Part shown: piece by piece, positions 21,324-32,470 of the stretch
How the letters are laid out: each line of letters starts with the position of its first letter
How positions within the stretch are numbered: the first letter of the stretch is position 1
Assembly: GCA_963843145.1 (NCBI GenBank)
Contig: CAWJJC010000022.1
Span: 160,001-224,000, forward strand
Length of the DNA stretch: 64,000 nucleotides
Source of the DNA: an uncultured delta proteobacterium
GTDB taxonomy: Bacteria > Desulfobacterota > RBG-13-43-22
Direction of reading: 5' to 3'
Position numbers and translations under genes: made by a program
The notes under the pieces: generated by a model
What the model saw: only the letters and a program-made list of their open reading frames with translations
What the model was told of the DNA's origin: nothing
The model's database searches: none

Positions 21324-23006
21324 ATGATGGACTCAGAAAAAAAAAGCAGGATCTTGCATCAAATCGCCTCCAATGATTTTTTGCCTTCTCTTTCTCCTTT
21401 AACCATTCAACTGATCGAGGCGGCCTCGGACGAACGGACTTCGGTTCTGGATTTAAACCGCATTATCGAGCAGGACCCGGGTCTGACCACCCGCCTGTTG
21501 AAAATGGTCAATAGCGCCTATTTTGGACGAAGAAACAAGATTTCTTCCATTTCCCATGCCATTATCATGGCCGGATTCAAACGGGTCCGATTGATGGCCC
21601 TTAATATTTCGCTCCGCGACACCTTCCCTCTGGGGCGGGTCGGAGGAATGGATTACGACCTTTTCTGGAAAACATCTCTTTATCGGGCACTGATTGCCCA
21701 GGGTTTTTCCCAAGCCAGCCTTTGGGCCGAAGAATTGGACCCGGAAGAGATCTTCACGGCCGGGCTAATACTGGAAATCGGGATGCTGTTATTATTCCCC
21801 GTTTGCCCAAAGGGGCTAAAGGAAGACTTTCCCGGTGGGGCCATCGACCTGACGGATTTAATCGCGTGGGAAACCGAACATCTGGGGATAAATCATCGTG
21901 AAGTGGGACGGATTATCCTGCAACGCTGGCATTTCCCTGATCAAATTATTGAAAGTCAGAAATACTTCGGCCCGGAGGCGCTTCAGGGCGACCGTTCGCC
22001 CCTAGTCAGAATTTTAGAATTTTCACGGATCTGCACCCATATCTTCTTCGGGCCCCAAGATGATTTTCAATTATTGGACCGCTTAGCCCCGGACCAGGGC
22101 TTGAGTCTGGAGAGAATAAATGAAATTTTGGTGACGACTTTTTCTCAGGTTGAAGAGGTTGCCGGCCAACTCCGCCTAATGATCAACTCCCAGGATGATC
22201 TGTTGATAGTCATGGAAAAGGCCAACCGGACTCTGGCCAGGATAAATGGTTCTTTGGAATCCAGCTTTATCAAGGTTTTCAACCTCATTTCCGATTTGGA
22301 ACAGTCCACTGTCCAGGAACCCACCGAAGAACTGGAGGAAAAAAACAAACTGCTGGAAAACACGCTGGAAGCCGTGGTTCACGAAATCCGAAACCCCCTC
22401 ATGGCCATCGGGGGGTTTGCCCACCGTTTAGCCAAAAATGTTGAGCAGCGTGGCGATGTGATTGAATATGTTCAGTTAATCACTAATGAAGCCCTCCGTC
22501 TGGAAAAAGTCCTCAAGGACCTGGTAGCCTATTCCCAAATCTACAAGCCTTTTATCATTACCCGCGACCTAACCCAGGTGGTGGAAAAAGTGCTGGCCGG
22601 CGAACAGGATCGCCTGACTGAAAAAGATATTCATTTGATCCGCCTTTATCGGTCCACTTCGATTCTAATTCCCCTGGACGAAGCGGAAATTTCCAAGGCC
22701 TTGCAGTGCCTCCTGGAAACCGAAATCCAAATCCTGGGGAAAATGGATCGGGAACTTTGGGTCGGCCTGGAGGAGATTCGGGAGAACAGAGAAATCCGGA
22801 TCAGTTTCAGTACGAAATCCGGCCAGTTTCCCGAGGAATTGCGCCACACCCTCTTAGGCAGGGATTTCTCCGGTAAGGCCTTCGGCCTAGGCCTGGCACT
22901 GTCTCTAGCCCGAAAAATCATTATCGCCCATGGGGGCCGGCTGGAACTAACCCAGGAAAACGACCTGAACACCCTTTCCGTTTTCTTGCCGGCCTCTATC
23001 GGCTGA
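21324..23006 (+). CDS. HDOD domain protein fused to HisKA and a degenerate HATPase_c domain
   Basis: HDOD (LPSLSP, DPGLTTRLLKMVNSAYF, GINHREVG..ILQRWHFP); H-box HEIRNPL; only a G2-like GLGLALSLARKII remains in the ATPase part. Confidence 0.85.
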   Translation: MMDSEKKSRILHQIASNDFLPSLSPLTIQLIEAASDERTSVLDLNRIIEQDPGLTTRLLKMVNSAYFGRRNKISSISHAIIMAGFKRVRLMALNISLRDTFPLGRVGGMDYDLFWKTSLYRALIAQGFSQASLWAEELDPEEIFTAGLILEIGMLLLFPVCPKGLKEDFPGGAIDLTDLIAWETEHLGINHREVGRIILQRWHFPDQIIESQKYFGPEALQGDRSPLVRILEFSRICTHIFFGPQDDFQLLDRLAPDQGLSLERINEILVTTFSQVEEVAGQLRLMINSQDDLLIVMEKANRTLARINGSLESSFIKVFNLISDLEQSTVQEPTEELEEKNKLLENTLEAVVHEIRNPLMAIGGFAHRLAKNVEQRGDVIEYVQLITNEALRLEKVLKDLVAYSQIYKPFIITRDLTQVVEKVLAGEQDRLTEKDIHLIRLYRSTSILIPLDEAEISKALQCLLETEIQILGKMDRELWVGLEEIRENREIRISFSTKSGQFPEELRHTLLGRDFSGKAFGLGLALSLARKIIIAHGGRLELTQENDLNTLSVFLPASIG

Positions 23007-23130
23007 TAGGAAAATAATTCCTTAGTAGCCCCGCTCCCCCGGAATACCCGCTTTCCCTTCATTCACCCCCTCCTGGTTTTCTATTCAATAAAATCAAACC
23101 GTTACCATGTAAATGCCTTCTGCTCTCTCC

Positions 23131-23148
23131 TTGGCATAGTTTCTGCTT
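23131..23148 (+). promoter_or_regulatory. sigma54 promoter for the first stator pair
   Basis: TTGGCATAGTTTCTGCTT, GG-N10-GC, about 40 bp upstream of the motA-like ATG. Confidence 0.75.
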
Positions 23149-23188
23149 ATCATTTTAAAAAAAAGACATCGGGAAAAGGAGTCCGTCC

Positions 23189-24010
23189 ATGGTAGCCCAA
23201 GTATTCATTTCTCTAATCCTGTTGGTTTTAATTTTTTTGGCCGCCTTCAATTTGGAAGTACAGGAGTTGGGACTGGCTTCCAACTTAAATGCCCTGATGA
23301 TCGTCTTAGGCGGTACCTTGGCAGCCTCCCTGATGGCTTATCCCTGGAAAAAAATTCTTTGGACCTTCCGGCTGATGAAAAAGACTTTTACCTCTCGGGA
23401 GGAAATTGACTGGACCACCCAGACTTTGGTCAACCTGGCCCGTGTTTTTCGCAAGGGGGGGATCCGGTCTTTGGAACAGCAAGGAAACGGATTGCCCCCC
23501 GGAATGATCAAAACAGGCGTGGACTTGATAACCTATCATTATTCCAAGGATAAGATCGAGCAAATCATGCAAAAAGAGGCCGATGGTATCTACGGACAGT
23601 ATGAAGGTGGGTATAAAATCTTGAACAGCATGGCCCGCCTGGCCCCTGCTTTGGGCCTGGCGGGGACCATTGTCAACCTGATTCGAATTTTTGGACATAT
23701 CAGTGATCCCCAGGGCCTTATCGGGTACATGGCCATCGCCCTGTTAAGCACTTTTTACGGCGTGGTCCTGGCCAACCTCTGTTTTGTTCCCTTGGCCAAC
23801 AAATTGAAGGAATTTATGGATCAGGATGAATTGCGCCTGGAATTGGTCCAGGAGGGCATCCTGGATATATATGACCAGGAACACCCCAAGGCTATCCAAT
23901 ATAAACTGGAGACCCTGGCGGGGAACCTGTCAGCGCCTCAACGATCTTCCTTGAAACCTAAAATTGTATTGCTATCTCCCTATGACCAGCCCAGAGGGGC
24001 CCGGGTATGA
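23189..24010 (+). CDS. motA: Flagellar stator A subunit (PomA/MotP-like)
   Basis: IVLGGT, RKGGIRSLE, APALGLAGT, MAIALLSTFYGVVLAN, PLANKL. Confidence 0.88.
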   Translation: MVAQVFISLILLVLIFLAAFNLEVQELGLASNLNALMIVLGGTLAASLMAYPWKKILWTFRLMKKTFTSREEIDWTTQTLVNLARVFRKGGIRSLEQQGNGLPPGMIKTGVDLITYHYSKDKIEQIMQKEADGIYGQYEGGYKILNSMARLAPALGLAGTIVNLIRIFGHISDPQGLIGYMAIALLSTFYGVVLANLCFVPLANKLKEFMDQDELRLELVQEGILDIYDQEHPKAIQYKLETLAGNLSAPQRSSLKPKIVLLSPYDQPRGARV

Positions 24011-24804
24011 ATCCCGTCCAACCCGACTATCAAATTCCATCTCAAGAATTCGAGCCCCTCCCGGTAAAGAAGAGCCGGACTCCCCCCAGATCCAGAAGGC
24101 CGGCTTCTGGAGACAATGCCAATGAAATCTGGTTCTTAACCCTGAGCGATCTGCTTTTACTCCTGGTGATATTTTTTGTCCTCCTTTTCGGCCTGACCTG
24201 GAAGCAGCAAAGCCGGCAGACGTCCATCAAGCCCATTATAGCGCAATCGGCGTCCTTTCCGATCCCAGCCCCCCCAACCCAACAACCCGAGGCCTCGCAA
24301 CCCGATCCGCGCATAGCCGGCCTTTCAGGACAAAAAGAAGTCCCGGAAAATATGGAACAGGCATTATCCAGCTCTTTGGGACTGAAACCGGAGGAGCAGG
24401 GGGTCACCATCGAACGCAGGGGACCCAAATTGATCTTGACCTTCCCGGAACAAATCGCCTTTGATACCGGACAGGCCGACCTCAAACCCTCGGCCGAACC
24501 GATCCTGGAAAAAGTGGGGGCCTTCATCCAAAACCGACCCGAAATGCTGGTGGAAATCCATGGCCACACCGACGACCGTCCTATCCGAACCCCGCGTTAT
24601 CCATCCAACTGGGAGCTTTCTGCCGATCGGGCGACCCAAGTGGCCAAGTCCCTGATCCGACGAGGGATCAATCCGGCTCAGGTGTCCGTGAAGGGATTTG
24701 GAGAGCACCGGCCTATAGTCCCTAACGATTCGGAAATGAATCGACTTAAGAATCGGCGGGTGGAAATCCATTTTACTATTCGCGATAACGGGCCTCAAAC
24801 TTAG
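24007..24804 (+). CDS. motB: Flagellar stator B subunit (OmpA-like C-terminus)
   Basis: TM with conserved Asp (WFLTLSDLLLLLVIFFVLLF); GHTD, SNWELSADRA, NRRVEI. Confidence 0.88.
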   Translation: MNPVQPDYQIPSQEFEPLPVKKSRTPPRSRRPASGDNANEIWFLTLSDLLLLLVIFFVLLFGLTWKQQSRQTSIKPIIAQSASFPIPAPPTQQPEASQPDPRIAGLSGQKEVPENMEQALSSSLGLKPEEQGVTIERRGPKLILTFPEQIAFDTGQADLKPSAEPILEKVGAFIQNRPEMLVEIHGHTDDRPIRTPRYPSNWELSADRATQVAKSLIRRGINPAQVSVKGFGEHRPIVPNDSEMNRLKNRRVEIHFTIRDNGPQT

Positions 24805-24889
24805 GATGTGAAGAAATCCGAATTCTCATACTTTGCCGTTGCCTGCCCCCCGGGGGGTTTAGAACCCGACTTCCTTCACTTCTTATATT

Positions 24890-24917
24890 TAAAGCCCGGA
24901 ATATTTTTCTCCGATAC
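24890..24917 (+). promoter_or_regulatory. Possible sigma28-type promoter for the MCP
   Basis: TAAA-N16-TCCGATAC. Confidence 0.5.
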
Positions 24918-25030
24918 CTAAATTATAGCTGATTTGAATTCCGAACTTATGAATAAACAAATCCTGTTATTATTGAAAAAACGAAAAACCTCTTTACCCC
25001 CAGCACGACCTGGATCAAGGAGAGACCCGC

Positions 25031-26656
25031 ATGTTGAAACGTTTTAATCTTTCCACCCGTATCTTTTTGTTGGGGATCGTTATCATTGTAGCGTTTACGT
25101 CTATTTTTTTCTGGCTTTATCCGAGGTTTAAACAAAAATTATATGACGAGAAATTCCAAAATACCCGCCACCTGGTAGAAGCCGCCTGGGGCATTCTCGA
25201 TTACTACGGAAAACAGGTTACCTCCGGCGGACTTTCCAAAGAGGAAGCCCAGAAGCAGGCCTTGCTGGTGGTCAAAAACCTCCGTTTTGAGAAGGGCGAT
25301 TATTTTTGGATCAACGATACGCAGCCCCGGATGATCATGCATCCGATTAAAACGGAATTGGACGGGAAGGATCTTAGCGACAACAAGGATCCGAATGGAA
25401 AAAGACTTTTTGTTGCTTTCGTGGATAAAGTGAAAGCGGAAGGGGCCGGTTTTGTGGATTACTACTGGCCCAAGCCCGGGAAAACGGAACCAGTTCCCAA
25501 GATATCCTATGTCAAGGGGTTCCCGGACTGGGGCTGGATTATCGGCTCGGGGATTTATATTGATGACGTGCAAACCGAAATGAACAATATTTTTTTCATG
25601 GTATTATTGGCCGCATTGGTTATAAGCGTGGGGGGGTTACTATTAGCCTACCTCATGGCCCGATCCATTTCGCGCCCTATCCAGGGGATTATCCGGGAAT
25701 TCATAAAAGGTATTGAACAGATTAGGTCAGACTCCCAACAGATTTCCTCCTCCAGTCAAATTCTAGCCGAAGGGGCTTCAGAGCAGGCCGCCGCCATTGA
25801 AGAAACCTCTTCTTCCATGGAAGAAATGTCCTCCATGACCCGGCAAAACGCCGAAAATGCCCGCCAGGCCGATACCCTCATGGGGGAAACCAACCGGGTA
25901 GTGGATGAAGCCAACCATTCCATGGGAGAATTGAACACCTCCATGAAGGAAATCACCAGGGCTAGCGAGGAAACGGCTAAGATAATCAAAACCATCGATG
26001 AAATTGCCTTCCAGACAAATCTGCTGGCCTTGAATGCCGCGGTCGAAGCGGCCCGGGCCGGGGAAGCCGGAGCCGGGTTTGCCGTAGTGGCCGACGAAGT
26101 CAGGAATTTGGCTATGCGGGCGGCCGAAGCGGCTAAAAATACCGCCACGTTGATCGAAGAGTCCGTGAAAAAGATTAAAGACGGCAGTTCGATCGTAGAT
26201 AAGACCAATCAGGCCTTTGCTCAGGTAAATACGGAATCTAAGAAAATAAAGCAATTGGTGGCGGAGATCGCCGCGGCCAGTCAGGAACAGGCCCAGGGCA
26301 TTGAGCAGATCAACAAGGCTATTTCAGAAATGGATAAGGTGGTTCAGTCAAACGCCGGCAGCGCCGAAGAATCGGCCTCCGCCTCCGAAGAAATGTATGC
26401 CCAGTCGGTGCAGATGAAAAGATTTGTCGTGGACCTGTCAACCTTAATCGAAGGCACCGGCCGTCAGGCGGCAGATGGGGTGCTGAAAGAATTAACGGTT
26501 TTTAAGGCACCACACCCTAAGAAAAGAACAAACCCTGCCTTCCCCACCAGCAGACCAAAAAAATCCAATCGACAAGAGTTGGTGGCGACTAAAGCGAAAA
26601 TTGTTCGGCCCGATGAAGTGATTCCCCTGGACAAGGGGGATTTTAAGGAGTTTTAG
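25031..26656 (+). CDS. Methyl-accepting chemotaxis protein with single Cache (sCache_2-like) sensor
   Basis: Two TMs; [32 protein letters not shown]; signalling tip [30 protein letters not shown]. Confidence 0.95.
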   Translation: MLKRFNLSTRIFLLGIVIIVAFTSIFFWLYPRFKQKLYDEKFQNTRHLVEAAWGILDYYGKQVTSGGLSKEEAQKQALLVVKNLRFEKGDYFWINDTQPRMIMHPIKTELDGKDLSDNKDPNGKRLFVAFVDKVKAEGAGFVDYYWPKPGKTEPVPKISYVKGFPDWGWIIGSGIYIDDVQTEMNNIFFMVLLAALVISVGGLLLAYLMARSISRPIQGIIREFIKGIEQIRSDSQQISSSSQILAEGASEQAAAIEETSSSMEEMSSMTRQNAENARQADTLMGETNRVVDEANHSMGELNTSMKEITRASEETAKIIKTIDEIAFQTNLLALNAAVEAARAGEAGAGFAVVADEVRNLAMRAAEAAKNTATLIEESVKKIKDGSSIVDKTNQAFAQVNTESKKIKQLVAEIAAASQEQAQGIEQINKAISEMDKVVQSNAGSAEESASASEEMYAQSVQMKRFVVDLSTLIEGTGRQAADGVLKELTVFKAPHPKKRTNPAFPTSRPKKSNRQELVATKAKIVRPDEVIPLDKGDFKEF

Positions 26657-26683
26657 AAAATAGTTTCTTTTAAAATTGGTCTC

Positions 26684-26725
26684 AATCAACCTGCCCCGGC
26701 CTAACGCCCGGGGCAGGTTGATTTT
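26684..26725. terminator. Probable bidirectional intrinsic terminator between the convergent MCP and cheX
   Basis: 16 bp perfect inverted repeat AATCAACCTGCCCCGG / CCGGGGCAGGTTGATT. Confidence 0.8.
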
Positions 26726-26769
26726 GGGATTGAGAAAAAGGGGAGTTGGGTTAACAACAGGCTAGCGGA

Positions 26770-27228
26770 TTATTTGAAACACAGCTCGAGATGAAACCCC
26801 CCGTTGGCTGAGTCGAAGGGAATGGAAATAATGGGATCCTTGGTCACGTGTCGTATCTCGTGCCTGGGGCCCGTAATAACCGAAGGGATGGCCCCCTGAT
26901 AGAGGATCCCGGCCGTCTCCAGCCTCCGCCGGGCATCGCCGGAAATCATATTGGTAAACTCGCCCACCGCATCTTTCACTTCCTCGGTGATCTCCGTAAA
27001 GGGCTCACCGAACATACTGCTAACAATGTGCAGGATGCACTCTTTGGAGAAGGACAGGCTTAAGGATCCTTCGCTTTCTCCGGTCATGCCCACAATCCCG
27101 GAGATGTCTCCGGTGGAAATACTCCCTTTTTTGAGAAAGGGTTTGCCCGGTGCCAGGTCCACGGAAGACATTGTTTTAATCACCGAAACCGTAGCTTCCA
27201 AAAAAGAATTTATTATTTCAACTTTCAT
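26770..27228 (-). CDS. cheX: CheY-P phosphatase CheX
   Basis: INSFLEAT, GDISGIVGMTG, ExxN motif DAVGEFTNMISG. Confidence 0.92.
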   Translation of the reverse strand: MKVEIINSFLEATVSVIKTMSSVDLAPGKPFLKKGSISTGDISGIVGMTGESEGSLSLSFSKECILHIVSSMFGEPFTEITEEVKDAVGEFTNMISGDARRRLETAGILYQGAIPSVITGPRHEIRHVTKDPIISIPFDSANGGFHLELCFK

Positions 27229-27285
27229 AGTCTCTGATTCCTTTCAATGACTAGCCGCTAACATTTTTTAGAGGGAATAAAACCG

Positions 27286-28002
27286 TCAACCGACTTTTAT
27301 TTTTTGTATCCCCAGACGTTGTTGTTCAAAGATCAACCGTTCCAGTTGGGAGCGGCTCGATCCCGGCATCTGTAAAAATTCCAAAGCACCCTGAATGGTG
27401 TGCGGGGGAAAATCAGCAATCCGCCGAATTTCAGCCGAAGGAATAGGGATGGTTAGGAGTTCCTCTCCCAGAGGGAAGAGTAAGGCATTATCCTGCAACG
27501 TAACATCGACCGCCAGTTCCTTAAACCACTGTTCTCCTAGTTCCTTATAAAAAGCTACCCCACCCGTGCTGTAATCTTTGACCCGGGCTTTATATTCTTG
27601 ATGAAGCAAGTCTCGGACCAAAATTTCCATCCCCAGCGAGGCCTTGACCCGGAAAAAGGCGCGCCGTTGCACCCGGTTGATCATCCGGGGCAGTTCCACC
27701 CAGATTTCCTTGGGCTGCAAGAAGTGGACTTCGGTGGAAAAATGGAAGGGGACACGGGTTCGATCAAAAAACGAGAAGGCAATGGTTTGATTTCTGGATA
27801 AACGCAAGGCTTGATCAAACCCGGCTACCTGGTCGATGATCAGCCATGGCCCCCCCGGACCGGTCTCAAATCCCAGAAAGAGGGTAATCCAGGAAAATTC
27901 CGTTTGGGGGATCTCCATCCGGACTCGTTGCCGTGATTTGATGGCGGACTGGAGTATCAGGGGGATGTCCCCACCCTGGAGAAGTTGTGCCGGTTGTTCC
28001 AT
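27286..28002 (-). CDS. YcgR-like flagellar brake protein (PilZ domain)
   Basis: N-terminal YcgR-like domain then RxxxR (QRRAFFR) and DxSxxG (DYSTGG). Confidence 0.82.
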   Translation of the reverse strand: MEQPAQLLQGGDIPLILQSAIKSRQRVRMEIPQTEFSWITLFLGFETGPGGPWLIIDQVAGFDQALRLSRNQTIAFSFFDRTRVPFHFSTEVHFLQPKEIWVELPRMINRVQRRAFFRVKASLGMEILVRDLLHQEYKARVKDYSTGGVAFYKELGEQWFKELAVDVTLQDNALLFPLGEELLTIPIPSAEIRRIADFPPHTIQGALEFLQMPGSSRSQLERLIFEQQRLGIQKIKVG

Positions 28003-28031
28003 TGAATCGGTTCTTCCCTCAGACCCTAACC

Positions 28032-28400
28032 CTATTCGGGATCAAAGGGGTAATGAATAATTTCGGCATCGATCGCCTCGGGGTTCCCCGTATTATAGTA
28101 AAGAAGGTTTTTCAGATGGACAAAGGAGGTCGGGTCCATTTCCAGAAAGCGGACACCGATTCCTGTCTCGTCTGCCCGGGCTACCACTCCCTTAATACTC
28201 AAGGTGAGGGGGTGATTCCCTAGGCCCAGGGCGATCTTTACTTCCCCGGTCGCACCCTTCTCCGGTCGGAGAGCGGTAACAAAATAGACGCCCGTTAAGC
28301 TGAGATCTTTTGAATCGGAAGAGAGCAGCTCCTCCCCTTGAATGATGAATCGGACTCGGGTATGGAAAGGCACTCGAGTTCGGCGGCGGCGGTTGTTCAT
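28032..28400 (-). CDS. Stand-alone PilZ domain protein
   Basis: RRRRTR and DLSLTG motifs, GIGVRF. Confidence 0.9.
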   Translation of the reverse strand: MNNRRRRTRVPFHTRVRFIIQGEELLSSDSKDLSLTGVYFVTALRPEKGATGEVKIALGLGNHPLTLSIKGVVARADETGIGVRFLEMDPTSFVHLKNLLYYNTGNPEAIDAEIIHYPFDPE

Positions 28401-29194
28401 CCGGCGGTCCTTGGTTCAGGCCGGGGGTGCGATCCTCCTGGCCTGGGCTCAGCGGCTTTGAGTATTGCAGGGGGTTGACCGTCGGTTAGGGTATTCAGAA
28501 ATTCCCGGGCCTCCTTGAAATCCTCTTTCAAGGTCAAGGCCTTGGTCATTTGTTCTATGGATTCCTCCCGGTCCTTTTTTTCGTAATAGGCCCGTCCCAG
28601 ATTATAGTAGAGCACCGGATCTTCCGGATCGATGGCGATGGCCTTGACATAGTTGGAGACGGCCTCGTCATGAAGATTGCGCTTGCGCAATTCGATACCG
28701 AATTCATTGAAAATGTGTTTGTTCTCGTTTTCATACAAGTCATCCATTTGGGATAGTTGGTCGAAAATTTCCTTGGCCTCCTTTTTTTCTCCCCTGGCAT
28801 AGAGGCTTTTCCCTTTGCCCAGATTGGCCTTCAGATCTTTTTCATTCAACGCCAGCGCCTTATTGAATTCTCGTTCGGCGCTGAAAAATTGTCGGTGATC
28901 GTAGTGCTCTTCTCCCAATTCCACATATTTTTCCGCCAATTGGGCTTTCGGGTCCTTTTTATTTTTGAAGTATTCGGGACAGGGAGTGTAGTCCTGGTCC
29001 AGTTCCTCCCGGGTGATCAGGGTCGCTTCTCCGAAGGGTTGATCGCTGATGTTCAACATACGAATGGACACCATATTTTCCTCGTCGGCCTCCTCGACTT
29101 GAAAATAGTTTTCAATGGTTGTGTCTCGGGAAGTGGATCCAAACCCCAGCCTGATTATTTCCTGCTTCAAAAAAATTCTTCTATTTTGTTCCAT
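28397..29194 (-). CDS. TPR protein with uncharacterised N-terminal domain
   Basis: TPR repeats (ANLGKG, IFNEFGIELRK, LYYNLGRAY). Confidence 0.85.
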   Translation of the reverse strand: MEQNRRIFLKQEIIRLGFGSTSRDTTIENYFQVEEADEENMVSIRMLNISDQPFGEATLITREELDQDYTPCPEYFKNKKDPKAQLAEKYVELGEEHYDHRQFFSAEREFNKALALNEKDLKANLGKGKSLYARGEKKEAKEIFDQLSQMDDLYENENKHIFNEFGIELRKRNLHDEAVSNYVKAIAIDPEDPVLYYNLGRAYYEKKDREESIEQMTKALTLKEDFKEAREFLNTLTDGQPPAILKAAEPRPGGSHPRPEPRTAG

Positions 29195-29213
29195 TAGCGC
29201 TCCCTGCGCTTAT

Positions 29214-29264
29214 AGGGAATATTTGCGAAACCGTCATCATTTGACGGATTCGCAAATATTCCCT
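29214..29264. repeat. Long intergenic inverted repeat
   Basis: AGGGAATATTTGCGAA-A-CCGTCA, 5 nt loop, TGACGG-A-TTCGCAAATATTCCCT: 22 of 23 positions paired. Confidence 0.9.
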
Positions 29265-29871
29265 TATTGGTAAAGAAATTCATCAAAATATAACTTCTTG
29301 ATCTCCCGGGAAGGCAAGCGCTGGTTCAGCCGGCCTAATAATTCTCTTTTAAGTTTTTCCCGGTATTCGGGGTTCATCAGATCCGTCAGTTGCTGGTCAC
29401 CCAAGGTCAGAATTACCGTATCCGTAAGGGGCGCAGTCCGCTCCTTAATTTTTTCCAGATCGTCCGCTTTCACCAGTTCCAGGACAACCGCCACCTTGAC
29501 AAAATGAAATCCTGAGGGTTCATTTAGATTGATGACCAGGGAACTCAATTTTAAAGTCGGCCCCATTTCCGGCGGCTTTTCCGGAGGTTTGGCGGCCATC
29601 CTGGTCTCCCCTTTATTCCCCGGAGCTTCCAGATTCGGACTGCTGATTTGAATCCAGCCCAGCAACATGGCCCCCATGATTCCCCCGCTAATAATCAACA
29701 TGCCGGCCAAGATATAGATAACAACAGAGAAACGCTTCAGCCACCCGGAAGACTTCCCGCTGGAAACATCCGCTGATTGGCGCTCGCCTTCGGTCCCCCC
29801 TCGGCCGACCGACTCCTGGCTGGGATCAATCTCCAATAGGTCTATTTCGGTTTTCTTATTGCCTTTGGCCA

Positions 29872-29872
<1 letters not shown>
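29264..29872 (-). CDS. fliL: Flagellar basal body-associated protein FliL
   Basis: Single TM; LVINLNEPSGFHFVKV, LKRELLGRLN, KLYFDEFLYQ. Confidence 0.88.
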
Positions 29873-31463
<1,591 letters not shown>

Positions 31464-31500
31464 TTTTTCCCCTGTCCATCAATTAAGTCCAGGAGGAAGG

Positions 31501-31977
31501 TTAGTCCTCCATTAGGATTTCTAACCGGATCATTTGGTCTTCAGCTAAGAAATCCAACTGGAGCCACTTCGGCGACGTCCCCGGGTCGGCCGAATCTCTG
31601 AACCCAATGACTTCGGTCTCAGGAATGGTCAAGGCATATCCGTAGGCTCGATCGTACCGGGAAAAGAGATTACCGCATATCATGTTGGTTAATTCTTTTG
31701 TCATATCGATCACCTGCTGCTCGGAAGCCTCTTCCTCCAACCCCAGAAAATTGGTGGTCAGATCCCGAGCCAAGGGAATGGGCAGAAAAAGCCGCAGATG
31801 TCCCCGCAGCTTACCCTTAAAGCCGAGCCGGCATTTAAGCCAGTGTTCATTTTGGGACCAGGGGTTGCCAGCGGAATCGCCCAAGTCCGGGGTGTACGGC
31901 TCCAGAAAAACAAAAAACATGGTCTCGAATACATGGCCAAGGGCCTCGACCGCCGCCGCCTGTAGTTCATTTTCCAT
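31501..31977 (-). CDS. CheX/CheC-like phosphatase
   Basis: VFETMFF, GFKGKLRG, ExxN motif DMTKELTNMICGN. Confidence 0.8.
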   Translation of the reverse strand: MENELQAAAVEALGHVFETMFFVFLEPYTPDLGDSAGNPWSQNEHWLKCRLGFKGKLRGHLRLFLPIPLARDLTTNFLGLEEEASEQQVIDMTKELTNMICGNLFSRYDRAYGYALTIPETEVIGFRDSADPGTSPKWLQLDFLAEDQMIRLEILMED

Positions 31978-32356
31978 TGACCACCTCCAGAATGCCGGTC
32001 AGGATATCCCGGACGGCCTCCGGGTAAAAAGGCTTCTGGATATACCCGTTTATCCCTAAGGCCTTGGCCTCTTGGATCCGCTCCTCGCTGCCTTCAGTGG
32101 TGATTAACACCACCGGGATATGGCGATAGTTTTCATCCTGCTTCAGCGCCCGGAGCAGTTCCAGACCGTTCATCCGGGGCATGTTGAGGTCCGTCAGGAT
32201 GATATCCACCCAGCGGTCGTTTAAGGCCTCCAGGGCCGCCTGCCCGTCCACGGCTTCCCAGCATTCGCCGATTTCAAAACCGGAAAGGGCGACGGTTTTC
32301 TTGATCACCATTCGCATGGTTTGCGAATCATCGACGATCAACACATTATAAGCCAT
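31967..32356 (-). CDS. cheY: CheY-type single-domain response regulator
   Basis: IVDDS, TDLNMP, ITTEG, YIQKPF. Confidence 0.9.
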   Translation of the reverse strand: MAYNVLIVDDSQTMRMVIKKTVALSGFEIGECWEAVDGQAALEALNDRWVDIILTDLNMPRMNGLELLRALKQDENYRHIPVVLITTEGSEERIQEAKALGINGYIQKPFYPEAVRDILTGILEVVNGK

Positions 32357-32470
32357 GATCCTTCTCCGAGTACCTGCTTTTGCTTTAAAAGGTTCCTACC
32401 ATCCGGGGTGAATTCTCTCTGGGATTGGAAGCGGCCGGACCTCAGAAGAAAAGGTTCGCCGTCCTATCTC

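Noticed and set aside
24918-25030. c-di-GMP riboswitch in the MCP or other motility leaders
   Set aside because: No GEMM-type pattern (GGCAAA...GAAA...GACGCAAAG) was seen.
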